NCBI RefSeq assembly: GCF_964204645.1
Contig: NC_134028.1
Span: 12,385,263 to 12,449,262, forward strand
DNA from: Tubulanus polymorphus
Taxonomy: Eukaryota; Animalia; Nemertea
DNA length: 64,000 nucleotides
Direction: 5' to 3'
Shown here: positions 39,072-50,553 of the stretch, piece by piece
How positions within the stretch are numbered: the first letter of the stretch is position 1
Layout: the number at the start of each line of letters is the position of its first letter
Position numbers and translations under genes: made by a program
Notes under the pieces: model-generated
What the model was told of the DNA's origin: nothing
Database searches by the model: none
The model's input: only the letters and a program-made list of their open reading frames with translations

Positions 39072-40397
39072 TTAAAATTTAAAATATAATATTCCTCCTA
39101 TAACAATTCCTATACAAGTTAAAGCTAATTTAGTATTTTCATGGAATTTATTATCATTATCATTTTTAATTATATCATGTTGAATATTATCAGTTTTTAT
39201 ATTTTCTTTAGTATTGTAATCTTTTATTTTAGAATCATTATTTAATCTAATATTCTTAGTTTTAGTTTCAGTTGATTGAATATGTTTTTTATTTTTTTCG
39301 CCTTCCATTAATTTTGGAGCAGCAATAATTTTTTTATTTATATCATTTAATCCAAATGAATTATTTATTGTTGCAGTTTTAATTAGATTATTATAACCAA
39401 TTATATTTCCCATCTTTAATACTAAATCATTAGACATAATTAATAGATTAGGGCGTATACAATAATTTAATCTAATATGTGATTTATCTAAATAATTTTG
39501 ATATCTTACAATGTTTTCTGGAATCGATCTATTTTTATCATTATGAATGGAATCTTCAAATAATACTTTAAATTGTTTCTGAGCATCGAATGAAGTGTTA
39601 TCATTTCCAATTATTGGGGATCTTGTTTCAACTTGCGCACCTAAAATACATATCAAATAAGTTCTAATTGATTGATTTATTCTTTGTATTCCAGCTTTAG
39701 TAAAACCTTCACTATTTTCTAAAATGAAATTAACCCAACCATTATTGTTTTGTTGTTGTATATTATTATAATATTTTGGTAATTCATTCCAATTTAGTGT
39801 TCTTATATCTGAATTTGTCATTATTTTTCCAAATTCTTTAGTATACAATATTCCTAATCCACCCATTGTTCCAATTCTTGCTCTAAAATCTTTATTTGAA
39901 TTAATATTAAATTCATTACATATTTTATAAAACTTAGAAAAATTAATATTATTATTCAATTCTTTAAAATATTTTGAACCTGGTAAAGGACATTCTAATT
40001 CATCTAATATTAATTTTATTTGAAAATAAGTATGAAATCTAAAAAGTGATAACATCAATGGTAAACTTGGTTTGTTTAAATGATCATTCCAACTAATTCC
40101 ACATCCTGTTGTTGCGCAATAAACAGCAAAATTTAATTGGTTCTGCCAATACCTCATATTAGATTTTAATAACCATTGTTTTGCCTCATTTAAATTTTTA
40201 AAATTAATTAAATAGACATGAAATATATTTTCCATCTTTGCATTAAAATTATTAGTTTCAGTAACATAAATTTCTAAATTAGTTAATGAATATAAAACTT
40301 CATTTCTATATGTAATATCTTTATTAAAATCTATTGCTGGAATATTATATTTAATTGATTTATTATATTGGAAAGCTTTTGGAAAACTATCTACCAT
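39072..40397 (-). CDS. Conserved hypothetical protein with C-terminal TM anchor
   Basis: Intact 441 aa; WQNQLNFAVYCATTGCG; homologs at 28167-29450 and 63684-64000. Confidence 0.8.
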   Translation of the reverse strand: MVDSFPKAFQYNKSIKYNIPAIDFNKDITYRNEVLYSLTNLEIYVTETNNFNAKMENIFHVYLINFKNLNEAKQWLLKSNMRYWQNQLNFAVYCATTGCGISWNDHLNKPSLPLMLSLFRFHTYFQIKLILDELECPLPGSKYFKELNNNINFSKFYKICNEFNINSNKDFRARIGTMGGLGILYTKEFGKIMTNSDIRTLNWNELPKYYNNIQQQNNNGWVNFILENSEGFTKAGIQRINQSIRTYLICILGAQVETRSPIIGNDNTSFDAQKQFKVLFEDSIHNDKNRSIPENIVRYQNYLDKSHIRLNYCIRPNLLIMSNDLVLKMGNIIGYNNLIKTATINNSFGLNDINKKIIAAPKLMEGEKNKKHIQSTETKTKNIRLNNDSKIKDYNTKENIKTDNIQHDIIKNDNDNKFHENTKLALTCIGIVIGGILYFKF

Positions 40398-40413
40398 TTA
40401 TATAATAAAAAAA

Positions 40414-40848
40414 TTAATAATTTATTAATTCTTTTAATAATTTATCTTGTTCTTCAACTGTTATATGGCCATTTAAACTTATTATATAATCTAGTGTATT
40501 CTTTAATTTATTAATTTCTTTTATATTAGTTTTAATTTTTTCTTTATTACTTTTTATATTTAATTTTGAACTTATACCAGTTAAAACACTTGAACTTAAT
40601 GCTAACACGCCAATTGATATAGCTAAAGGTGTTAATGGACTGAATATTGCTAAAAATGTTATTACAGAACTAATTGTAACCGAACCACTTATAATCAAAT
40701 AATATATAATTTTAGATTTCAAATATTTTTTTTTTTTTATCTTTAAGTCACTTTCAAATTCTAATATTTGTTTTTCTAAATATATTTTTAATTTAGTTTT
40801 GTTTATATCATGAGGAATAATATCAATACTATCAACTTTATCTTCCAT
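40414..40848 (-). CDS. Two-TM coiled-coil protein
   Basis: 144 aa with a hydrophobic hairpin; TAAATG start. Confidence 0.7.
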   Translation of the reverse strand: MEDKVDSIDIIPHDINKTKLKIYLEKQILEFESDLKIKKKKYLKSKIIYYLIISGSVTISSVITFLAIFSPLTPLAISIGVLALSSSVLTGISSKLNIKSNKEKIKTNIKEINKLKNTLDYIISLNGHITVEEQDKLLKELINY

Positions 40849-40867
40849 TTATTTAGAAGAAAAATTA

Positions 40868-41290
40868 CTAATTAGTCAATTTATATGCAACAAATATAAC
40901 AATAACTGTTCCACCTAAAATCCATATTATTTCATATTTCTGTTGTTCATTACTTGGGGTATAATAATCTGATAATTTAGGTTTGTATAGATGTTATTTT
41001 TCTTTATTGGTTACCGCGTAATATAAACTCATTGCATCATCAACTGATTGAAAATCTCTATGTGAAATCTTCTGATCATATAATTCTTAGTTAATATAAT
41101 CCATATAGTTTTGTCTCTTTTCTCTATATTCTTCCGCTGCTTTATTGTATTTCTCTAATGCTAAGTTATGTCTTTTTTGTTCTGTTAATGAACCATTTTT
41201 ATCAATATGCTTAAATAAATAACCACCACCAGTAAATGCTAAAGCGTTAACTATTGCCGATCCTATAATAGTTATAATTGCAGAAGCCAT
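40868..41290 (-). pseudogene. Small membrane/structural protein with internal stop
   Basis: MASAIITIIGSAIVNALAFTGG; homolog at 29917-30331. Confidence 0.65.
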
Positions 41291-41314
41291 TTATTTAGTA
41301 AAATAATTACGCAT

Positions 41315-41536
41315 TTATATGGGAGGAATATATTTTTGTTTTTCCAAATATCCAATAGTTAAATTAGATAAAGTAACTGCTAATGTTAATTTTAAAATAT
41401 CATTCATATCAAATCTATCAACATTAACACTTCCCATTTTAAATACTTTTTTTAATACCATTGAATAACCAACAGTTCCAACTGATAGTAAGGCGCCATT
41501 ATATAATCCAGTTATTATCCACTTATTATCACTCAT
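41315..41536 (-). CDS. Small hydrophobic protein
   Basis: 73 aa; several homologs in the window. Confidence 0.7.
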   Translation of the reverse strand: MSDNKWIITGLYNGALLSVGTVGYSMVLKKVFKMGSVNVDRFDMNDILKLTLAVTLSNLTIGYLEKQKYIPPI

Positions 41537-41539
41537 TTA

Positions 41540-41893
41540 TTAATTAAAAAAATTACTATCTTCAAAATATTTATTTAACTTAGTTATGATTATTTCAACA
41601 TATATTTCATTACTAGTTTCATTTGTATATATTTCAATTATTATTTTTTTAATATCATCGATGATAAAATCTTCGTCTAATTCATAAAATCTTAAAGATT
41701 CTCTAATTAAATTAGTAATCTTTTCTACATTTAAAGTTTCTTTATCTATTGTTGTTTCATACTCAAATGTTGTTTCATTAGAAAATGCAATATTTTTGAT
41801 ATGTGTAATTACATCATTAACGTTAAATTTCATTTCTTTCTCACGTTTAAAATCAAATCCAAAATATATGCTCGGCCCAACAGTTATATTCAT
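41540..41893 (-). CDS. Hypothetical protein
   Basis: 117 aa; homolog at 30582-30833. Confidence 0.65.
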   Translation of the reverse strand: MNITVGPSIYFGFDFKREKEMKFNVNDVITHIKNIAFSNETTFEYETTIDKETLNVEKITNLIRESLRFYELDEDFIIDDIKKIIIEIYTNETSNEIYVEIIITKLNKYFEDSNFFN

Positions 41894-41909
41894 TTATATA
41901 ATGAAAAAA

Positions 41910-42671
41910 TTACTCTCTACATCTTATAACTAATTCATAAATTACAGGAAAGTTATTCAAATCAATTAAATATCCATTGTGATTTCTTATTTCTAATTTA
42001 AAATTATTAAATTGAGGAATGCAAGGTTTAAAATCGCATTCTGTTAAATTATAATTTATTTGAGTTCCAAATTGTTTAACATTTTTTAGCGGTAAAATAT
42101 TTAGTATACTAGAACTACAAATTGTTTCTTTAGTTGCTTCGAAAGTTTTTGTAGGATCGATTTTTAAATTGCAACAAATATAAAAGTGTGTAAAAGGTAT
42201 TAAGTTTGATCTACCTTCTGCGTATGCTGTAACAATATCTGGGTTAATTCCTAACAGTTTACCTAAAGGTTTTCTTACTGTAAATTTAAATTGTTCGTCA
42301 TTAGCTAACCTAATCTTTATTTTATTAGAACTATCACTTTTTAAAATTCTAATACTAAATCCGGAATCACTTCCTAATTTAGCTCGAGCTTTTCTATTAA
42401 TTTCTTGTGCTAATGTATCTAAATTATATAATCCTGGTTTTAAATATATAAAAAACCATTTATTCCTTTGTTTGTAAAAGATTGAAAAAATTAAATGTTC
42501 TAGACTTTTATCCGTTATATTGTAAAATGAGTTACATAAACTTATATTTACTAATTTTAAATCAACACAATTCTTAAATTCTCTATCTAATTGAACTATT
42601 AAATTATGTGATTTATAATTTTTAAGTCTTCTAGAATCAACAAATATTCTGTATTCTTTTAATTCGACCAT
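41910..42671 (-). CDS. Putative minor capsid (penton-like) protein
   Basis: Intact 253 aa; conserved ends with a variable middle across four copies. Confidence 0.62.
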   Translation of the reverse strand: MVELKEYRIFVDSRRLKNYKSHNLIVQLDREFKNCVDLKLVNISLCNSFYNITDKSLEHLIFSIFYKQRNKWFFIYLKPGLYNLDTLAQEINRKARAKLGSDSGFSIRILKSDSSNKIKIRLANDEQFKFTVRKPLGKLLGINPDIVTAYAEGRSNLIPFTHFYICCNLKIDPTKTFEATKETICSSSILNILPLKNVKQFGTQINYNLTECDFKPCIPQFNNFKLEIRNHNGYLIDLNNFPVIYELVIRCRE

Positions 42672-42739
42672 TATTTATAACATAAAAAAATTACCGCTCA
42701 TCACTAAAAATTAATTTTAATAAAATTTTTCCTTAATAA

Positions 42740-44060
42740 ATGGATGAGAAGATACCATGCGAAATTTGTGGTGAACTTCTAAGAAAAAGTAATATGGCTC
42801 GACATATAAAAAAACATGATGAAAATTATAAACCCCCTAAACTAAACTGCCCAAAATGTAATAAATTATTCTCAAGAAATTATGTTAAAAAACATTCAGA
42901 GAAGTGTAAAATTAATGGCGCAACGGCTAATGTTGATAGTAATGAAAGTAATAGTAATTCTGTTGAAGTTGAACCTGAAATTATTTGGAAAAGACCTTTC
43001 TTATTCTATGACAAGGATAATATAAAAGATCATTTCTGCGAGCCTTGTCGAATAAAATATAACCCTGAAAATATAGAAGATTGGGAGAATCATCAATTTC
43101 GTAAAGTACATATAGATAAAATTTCTTATAAATTTGAAACTGAATTCAATGAAAGAAAAAATAGTTTATTAGAAAAAATAAAATATGAGAAAACGTTACC
43201 AGATAATAAAGAAACAGTTGAAAAGTTAGAAAACAATATAATGAATTAACAAGAAAAACATATTATTGTAAATATTGTAAATTGATTATTACAACAAGTA
43301 ATTCAAATCTACATAATAGAACAATAAAACATAAAGAAAACGTAAGAAAATACCAAGAGCTTAATGAAGATCTATTACCAATAAATTATAAACGAAAATG
43401 CCCACAATGTAGTTATGCAACCTTAAGGCAAGAAGGTACTGTGTTATTTTGTAATGAATGTGGATGGCAAAAGAATTTATAGGGTGAAGAAAAAACTAGA
43501 GATTTTCTCATAGAACCAAACTTAAATTATCTGGATGAAATTTTTAAAATATTTTCTATAGAAGATCCGACACCAGAATATATGCAATGGCTTGAAAAAA
43601 TGAAAATGATAGAAAATAAAAATGGTGAAATAACTAAAAAAGATATTATAAAAACAATTATTCCATCAACATTTCACACAAAACAAAAGAAAATGTATTT
43701 ATATTTATTATTTAACGATTATTATGAAAAACCTAAATTAACAGAAGAAGATATGGAAAATATAAAAAAAATATTCAAACAAATATTAATGTATCATTTG
43801 GAAAATAGAATAACAGATTCAATTAATTATGAATTCTTTTTAAATAAGATTGTAAATTATTTAAACATCGATATTATAATTCCATCTGACGAATTAACAA
43901 ACAAAAAGAAACAAAGAGAGCGAGATGAAATAAGATAGAACTTTTTTTAAATGAGAAAAATGAAATGGAAGAACCTAAACAAATTATACAAGAACAATTA
44001 AATGAAAATGAAGAAGCCAATAGTGATTTCGAGTATGATGATATTGATTTTATGTTTTAA
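42740..44060 (+). pseudogene. Multi-zinc-finger protein with acidic tail
   Basis: CEICGELLRKSNMARHIKKH, CPKC..H, CPQC..CNEC; frameshift and stops. Confidence 0.78.
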
Positions 44061-47000
44061 TGGCCATAAGGTAATGTTTTTATACCATCATCTAAAATAT
44101 GCCTTTTATCATCAAATGGATTCAAACTAGTTTTTTCAACTTCATTAATGTACATCTCGTGATCTTCTGATCTTAAACAATTCATTTTGTGTTTCATTAC
44201 AATTTAGTTATATAAACACTTTATATAATCTTGAAATTCTATATGTTTATCAACCACATGTTTTGTCATTCCTTTTAACTTTTAAGCTTCATGATCTTTT
44301 GTTCTATAACTATACATTTTACTTCTTATCCCAACAAATTCAATCATTTCATCACCCCCTAATTCATCTTTAAACTTACCAGGAATCTTTTTATTATCAT
44401 TGCTAAATAGTTCATGATCTTTGGGATAATTGCTAAAATCAAAATGATGTTTTAATGTTTTTAAGTCTTTTGTTATGTCATTTGTCTTGATTTTTAGTAT
44501 GTACGCATCCGTATTTTTGGCTATTAATGGAAATCCACAGTTAAATGTACCATCTTCAGTTGATAAATTATAAACATAATCTGATGGGTTATATATTTCA
44601 AATAAATCTTTAACTTCTTCTGTTAATTCTTTTTCTACATGCCTTAAATTAAAACAATTTGGTTTAGATTTAATTAATTCTATATTCATATTAAATCCTA
44701 ATGAACTATATAATATATTTAATCCTGATATAGCAACTTTTCCTTTCTGTGCAAATGTTATCTTTTTATCCTTTGTAAATTTTTTAGTGCCATCTGCGGC
44801 ATAGAATCCAATGAAGAACCATTTTCTTAAATCATTTTTTGCATTTAATACATAATCTGGTACTATCTTTTCTTTTGTTGAAGTATTACTTTTCACTATT
44901 GCATGAATATAGAATTCATCATTATATTTTATAGCAAAATCTTTAGGATTATTTACAAGTATTCTATAAACTGCTGATGATTTCATAACATCTATGATTT
45001 TAAATGTTTTATGAGAATAAACTTCTTCACAGAATTTCTTAATTCTTTCTAATAATTTTAAGTCTTGATTACATAAATACCAACAATATTTATTACCCCA
45101 AACATAATTATACACACCTGCTGAACCATCACCCATGAAAAATCCTTTGATAAAATATTCTTTTTCGTCTAATGTTTCGGGTTCTATATTATAAATATTA
45201 TCAATAATTTCATCAAATGACATATGATTCATTCTTTGGAAAAATCTTTTATGTAATCATTCATCTCCAATTTTTATATCAGTTGGTTTTATTTCATCGC
45301 CATTTCGTTTAATTAAACTATGACATTCTGTAACATCTACAAACCCTAATTTAGTTCTAACTCTATAGATTTTCTTATTTGTTTTATGCCTAATAATATT
45401 CTTTAATTTTTTCCATCCATTTCTTGTCCAAACATCCATTATCCATTTATTTGTATTAATTCTTTTTCACCATATGAAATATAACATTCATTTTGTTTTG
45501 GAATTATTTCTGAAATTCTTCTTATCAATATTTTATCATTACATTTAAATAATATTGGGGTGTCAGCTGTTACAGAATCAAAATATAATATTTCAATATG
45601 CTTTTCCCCAAAAAGTGGTTGTAAAACATTATAATAAAAATCATACATTAATAATTTTGATACTTCTAAAACAGTTGAACCAATAAATATAGGTTTATTA
45701 AATTTCATTGACGTTCTTTTTAATTTAACTGCTGTTAAATAATCTTCAAATCTTTTATTTCCTAAATGTCTAGGACTTGATTGTAGGTGTCTTAATCTTT
45801 CAGAATTATTTACTAATCCAATATCATTTCTATTTCTAATATTTTCACATGTTTTGCCATAAAAACTATTATTCATTAATTTGAAGAAATCTTTTTCAAA
45901 ATCTGTTTTTGATATGGTTCTCTGTTGAGTATTAAAATCTATATATTTTTCTAACCACTTCGATTGATTAAATTCAATATATCTATGTACTTTCTTTAAT
46001 TTCATTCCTTGTTTTAGATAAAATTTTAACATTCTGTAATGAACAATATAATTGTATTTATTATTTTGAGTAAGTATTAAGTTTTCTGTAAAAACATGAT
46101 CTTTCGGTTTTATTTTCTTCTGGTATTCACTTAAATAACTATCATCTACAGTTAAATGTTCTGGGCAATAAGGTAAGTTTCTTGTTTTAAACTTTATATT
46201 TTCAGGATATTCTGAATCAACTACAAAGAAATAACCAATTGGTGCTTCATCTTTTAAACTCGCAATTGCGCTTTCCCAATCAGTTTTATCATCATTTTCA
46301 ACTTCTGTTAATATAAAATTTTTATATGGTTGAGGTTGCATCATTGCCCAACCATATAAATTATTGGCGTCATTATATAATAATTTATATTCATCATTTG
46401 CTTTAAAATACCTATCTCCCATAACACCACTAATTCCACCTCTAATTGATTTTTCAAATAATAAAACCATATCTGGTTCTTTAAATAAATCTAATTCTAC
46501 ATTTGTATATTTTAAACCACATTGCCAGGTTAAACCAGGACTAGAGTAGCAATAACAATAACAAGGATCAACATTAAAATGATTCAAATTAACTTCCCTA
46601 AATTTTTCAAATATGTCAGCTTATATCATAACATCTGATTTTAAATATAAATCAACTAATTCAATGATTTTTCATCTTAAAATGGTTCCAAATATTTAAT
46701 GTTCTATTAAACATTTCGTCTTTCACATACTCCTCTTTTAATTGATCATAAAATTAATCTTTTAATAATTCTGTTACATTAAAATCATTGTGTGTTTTAT
46801 AAAATGAATAAGGAATTGCGCCTTTTTATCTCAATAATTTAAAATCTTTTTCATTTGGATAGTAATATTGAGTTATAACAAAATCATTATCAACTAAACT
46901 TTTTGATAAATTATCTAATGAACTTGCTAGAAATCTATAAGAATCTAAAAATCTAATGCAACCAAATTGAAAATAAATATAATTTTCAGATGTTTTAGCT

Positions 47001-49121
47001 AATAGTTTAAAATCATATTTTCTTACATTTACACCATTCATAGCATTATATTCTTCTATTTCCTGATCAATTGCACCCAATTTTCCCGATAATTGTTTTA
47101 TAAATAGATGGGTATCATAGCCTGATAAATTATGAAATAATATTGGTACGAAATTAACTTTCTTAGCTTGTAAATTGCAATCTTCATGAGCAGCTCCACG
47201 ATATTTTGAATTTAAATGATCATGATCTCTAACTTTTTTATCAAATGAATAAAAACGTTTTTCACAATAACAACAATGAGTTGCATAATTAAAATCAATT
47301 TCATCTTCTTTTGTCATAACTATTCTTTTATTTTTGTTTAATAATTTTGCAAAATCACTTTCTAATTCAATCATTTTGTCACAAAAATCATTAACTACAT
47401 CTTCACCTCTAAAAGAAATATATTGACTTTCATATAATTCGGGATAATTTGATTTGATGTAAATTCCATAAGCAGCAGCTCTTGATGAACTTTTTTAATT
47501 GTATTTATAATTGGCGGGTCTTGTGTTGTGTCTTCATTTAATTCATTTCCTTTATCCATTGATTTTAATAATTGCTTTTTGTTATATATTTTTTTTCTAT
47601 CTTGATCAGTTAATTCTTTATTCAACGATTCAAAATCCCCATAAATTACAAATGGAACAATATTCTTAAATTTATGATTAGTAAATTTAAATTTATAATC
47701 TTTTTCTGTTGGCATTATTAATTTACAAAAATCTGTATTATCACATAATTCTTTATGTTTTAATAATGTATTCTCAGTCATAAATTTAGATAAACATTTT
47801 CTACATAGATAAATTTTATTATGGTGATCACTTTCTGTTCTAAAGAATAAATCAATTTGTTTTAACCACATATAATGTTCATTTTCATCTTTTTTTGTAA
47901 TATAAAAAATCTATAGCATTTTCATCATCATAATATTCTGTTAAATATAAAGCTTCCAATGTATAATCTTTAATATTTTCACCTTTTGTCTTTGGTAATT
48001 GCATTAATTCAAATACATTTATTCTTAAATTATTAACTTTTTCTATTTTAGGAATCATTTTTATAGTTACTGGATATTGATCAATTTTATATAATGTTTC
48101 ATATTTCCGGTAATTTCTTATTCTAAAACTATGCGTCATATCTTCTGTTGGGTGTAAACAACTAATAATTGACCATAGAAAACATTTATTATCTTCATTT
48201 TGAACATTTATTACTGCTTTTGTTGTAAATGGTAATTTAATATAAGATGATGCTTTAATATCCTTTTCTGTTGTAAAGTTTGAATCATTTTTAAACATTT
48301 TATTACTTTTTGATGTTTTATTCCTTTTTGTATTGTAAACATTTAAATCTAAATATATAATTTCATTCAATGTTAAGCCAGAACCCTCAAAATATCTTTC
48401 TTCAATATGACGTTTAAATTCATTAAATATTTTTTCTCTTTTATTTGTGTTTTTGAAATTATTTCTTCAGAGTGTGTTTGAATATTATAATTCATTTTTT
48501 CTTCTGACTTTATAAAACTTACTTTCCCAGAGATACTAATTTTTGGATATTCAACATCTGTTATCAAATCTAGTATTTTTTCTATTATTTCATTAAATTT
48601 ACTATAATCTTCTATTGTTGTTCCTTTAAAAAATCTAAATATAATAGCTGCAGGACCAATTTTACTACGTAATGTTTCTAAAATTTCAATTGTATCTTTT
48701 ATTTCTAGTGAATCAATATAATTTCTAACATTTTCCATGTAAGGTTTATTTGAAATGGATTTAGTTTTTGAAGTTGGTTTTTTTACTTGTTGAGGTTTAT
48801 CATCAAAATAATCTTTTCCTAAAACATTATTACTCAAATTTTGGCGGTGTTTTTGTGATTCAATATGTCTATTATAATTCCTTTTTACTATAAATTCATT
48901 ACAAACTTCACATTTTATTTCATCCACATTCATATTTTCTAATCTTTCTTTTCTTTCATTGGAATTTTCTGGAGTTTCAAAATCTATTACATTTTTTATA
49001 TGATTTGCAGTTTTTCATGTCGTGATTTTTGGGATTTATCGATGTATTTTTTACAATATTGGCAATAATATTGATTTTTATTTACATTATTGTTTTCTGG
49101 CTGGTGTTCATTCTCCCCCAT
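44057..49121 (-). pseudogene. pPolB polyprotein copy 3 (Zn fingers, terminal-protein region, OTU-like Cys/His segment, exonuclease with EndoVII-like insert, polymerase with intein)
   Basis: NKCFLWSI..HYMW, FVIYGDFES, CCYC..VRDHDH..YRGAAHEDCN, FHNLSGYD, DANNLYGWAM, KLMNNSFYGK; start codon lies inside the TIR. Confidence 0.95.
44513..45576 (-). mobile_element. Intein (~355 aa) with LAGLIDADG homing endonuclease in pPolB copy 3
   Basis: YFD-[SVTADTPI..DVTECHSL..YFIKGFFMGDGS..WFFIGFYAADG..VYNLSTEDGTFNCGFPLIAKN]-TDAY. Confidence 0.92.
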
Positions 49122-49206
49122 TTATTAGGAAAAAAAATTGCTTGTGGTGATGAGTGGTGTCTCGACCGCTCGACCTCTGGTATGAAAGCCCACTTTCCCA
49201 ATTACT
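49112..49206 (-). repeat. Right TIR ending ...CCCAATTACT (5'-AGT terminus)
   Basis: Matches the left TIR and the copy 2 end at 21430-21489. Confidence 0.88.
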
Positions 49207-49569
49207 CTCATGTCTGTATAACCTACGTTTTTATCTTCTTTTGTAATTGCTTTTTTATTTGTTTACCTATATAACTCGTATTATCTGGCTAAGCTAATCG
49301 TTATCGTAATCGTAATCGTGATATCGTAGTAATGGAATACATATTTCACGCGCATTGATTGCCTAAGAGATTTCGAAAAAACATTACAGAATTTATTAAC
49401 AAAGTACTGATAATTAATAAAATATCCGTATTATGAAAATATAGTGCAACATTCGTCTGAGGGGTGGTATTATTAGCAAATATTTCCTAGCCAATAGACG
49501 AACGTGAAATCTTTAGCCCGAACCTATGCACGTCACGTGATTAATGACCGCCCGCGTGATAGTGCGAGG

Positions 49570-50295
49570 TGCAAAAACCGTAATGTTTCCAATGTCTCCG
49601 TTTTTAACGCATGCGCATTAGGCTTAGTAAGTGTTGGAAAAGTCTAAGTCGAGAAATCAGTACAGTGCGCAGGCGTCATGATAGTGTTTACATGTTTCAA
49701 AACTGGGTCAAGTCAGAACGGTAATCGCTTGAAATGAACCAACGTAGCAGCGGGATCGTGATGTCTAAATAATCTCGTATCATATGCTTGCGTATTATAC
49801 GTTAATACAATTAAATGAATTGTCCAAATAAATAAACAGTGACATTGGAATCACCATAAAAAGTGCACCAAAGTTCATAATGGTTAGCATTTCGAGATTA
49901 GCATTTTCGGGATTCGAACTGATAGGGTCGTATAAAATAGATCAGCGACACTGGAGTCATCAAAGTTCAAATTGAATTGAAATAAGTTCAGTATTTTTCG
50001 GTGCTCGAATCTGGTAGCGCCGCAAAAAGAAACGAGTGACACTCGGGTCATCAATGTTCAAATCGAATTAAAATAAGATAATTATTTGTTGTGGGATTCG
50101 AATCTAATTGAAACGGAAACATTGAAGTCATCAAAACACACATTCATTATGCGTACTGACATGACCCAGTTTTGAAAGTTCTGACATGTAGTGACGCCTG
50201 CGCACTCAACAGATTTCTGGACAGAGAATTTCCCCAACACTCACTAATGCGCATGCGTTAAAAACGGAGACATTGGAAACATTACGGTTTTTGCA
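49570..50295. mobile_element. MITE-like element with long TIRs
   Basis: TGCAAAAACCGTAATGTTTCCAATGTCTCCGTTTTTAACGCATGCGCATTAG perfectly inverted at ~50244-50295; similarity extends ~150 bp. Confidence 0.8.
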
Positions 50296-50553
50296 TCATG
50301 CAACAAAACAAAAGCAACAAACAATTATTTACTGCAGCATTCACTGCAAGAATGTAGACACTACAGGTACACAGTACTTATCGCGGTGACGTCATTGCGA
50401 AGATCGGCACTGTTTTGTTTATGTATACGCAAAAAATATTTATTACCACAAAAACCTATTTAAAACTAGGAAACAGGGCAGATAGAAATGTTTAGCATTA
50501 TGATAAACAGTTTTTATACCATAAGACATAGTAAAGTCAAATAAAAAAAGTTT

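Larger units (their letters stand above)
32911..49206. mobile_element. Near full-length Polinton/Maverick (adintovirus-like) type A, ~16.3 kb, lightly pseudogenised
   Basis: TIRs plus pPolB, rve integrase, packaging ATPase and capsid-like genes. Confidence 0.93.
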
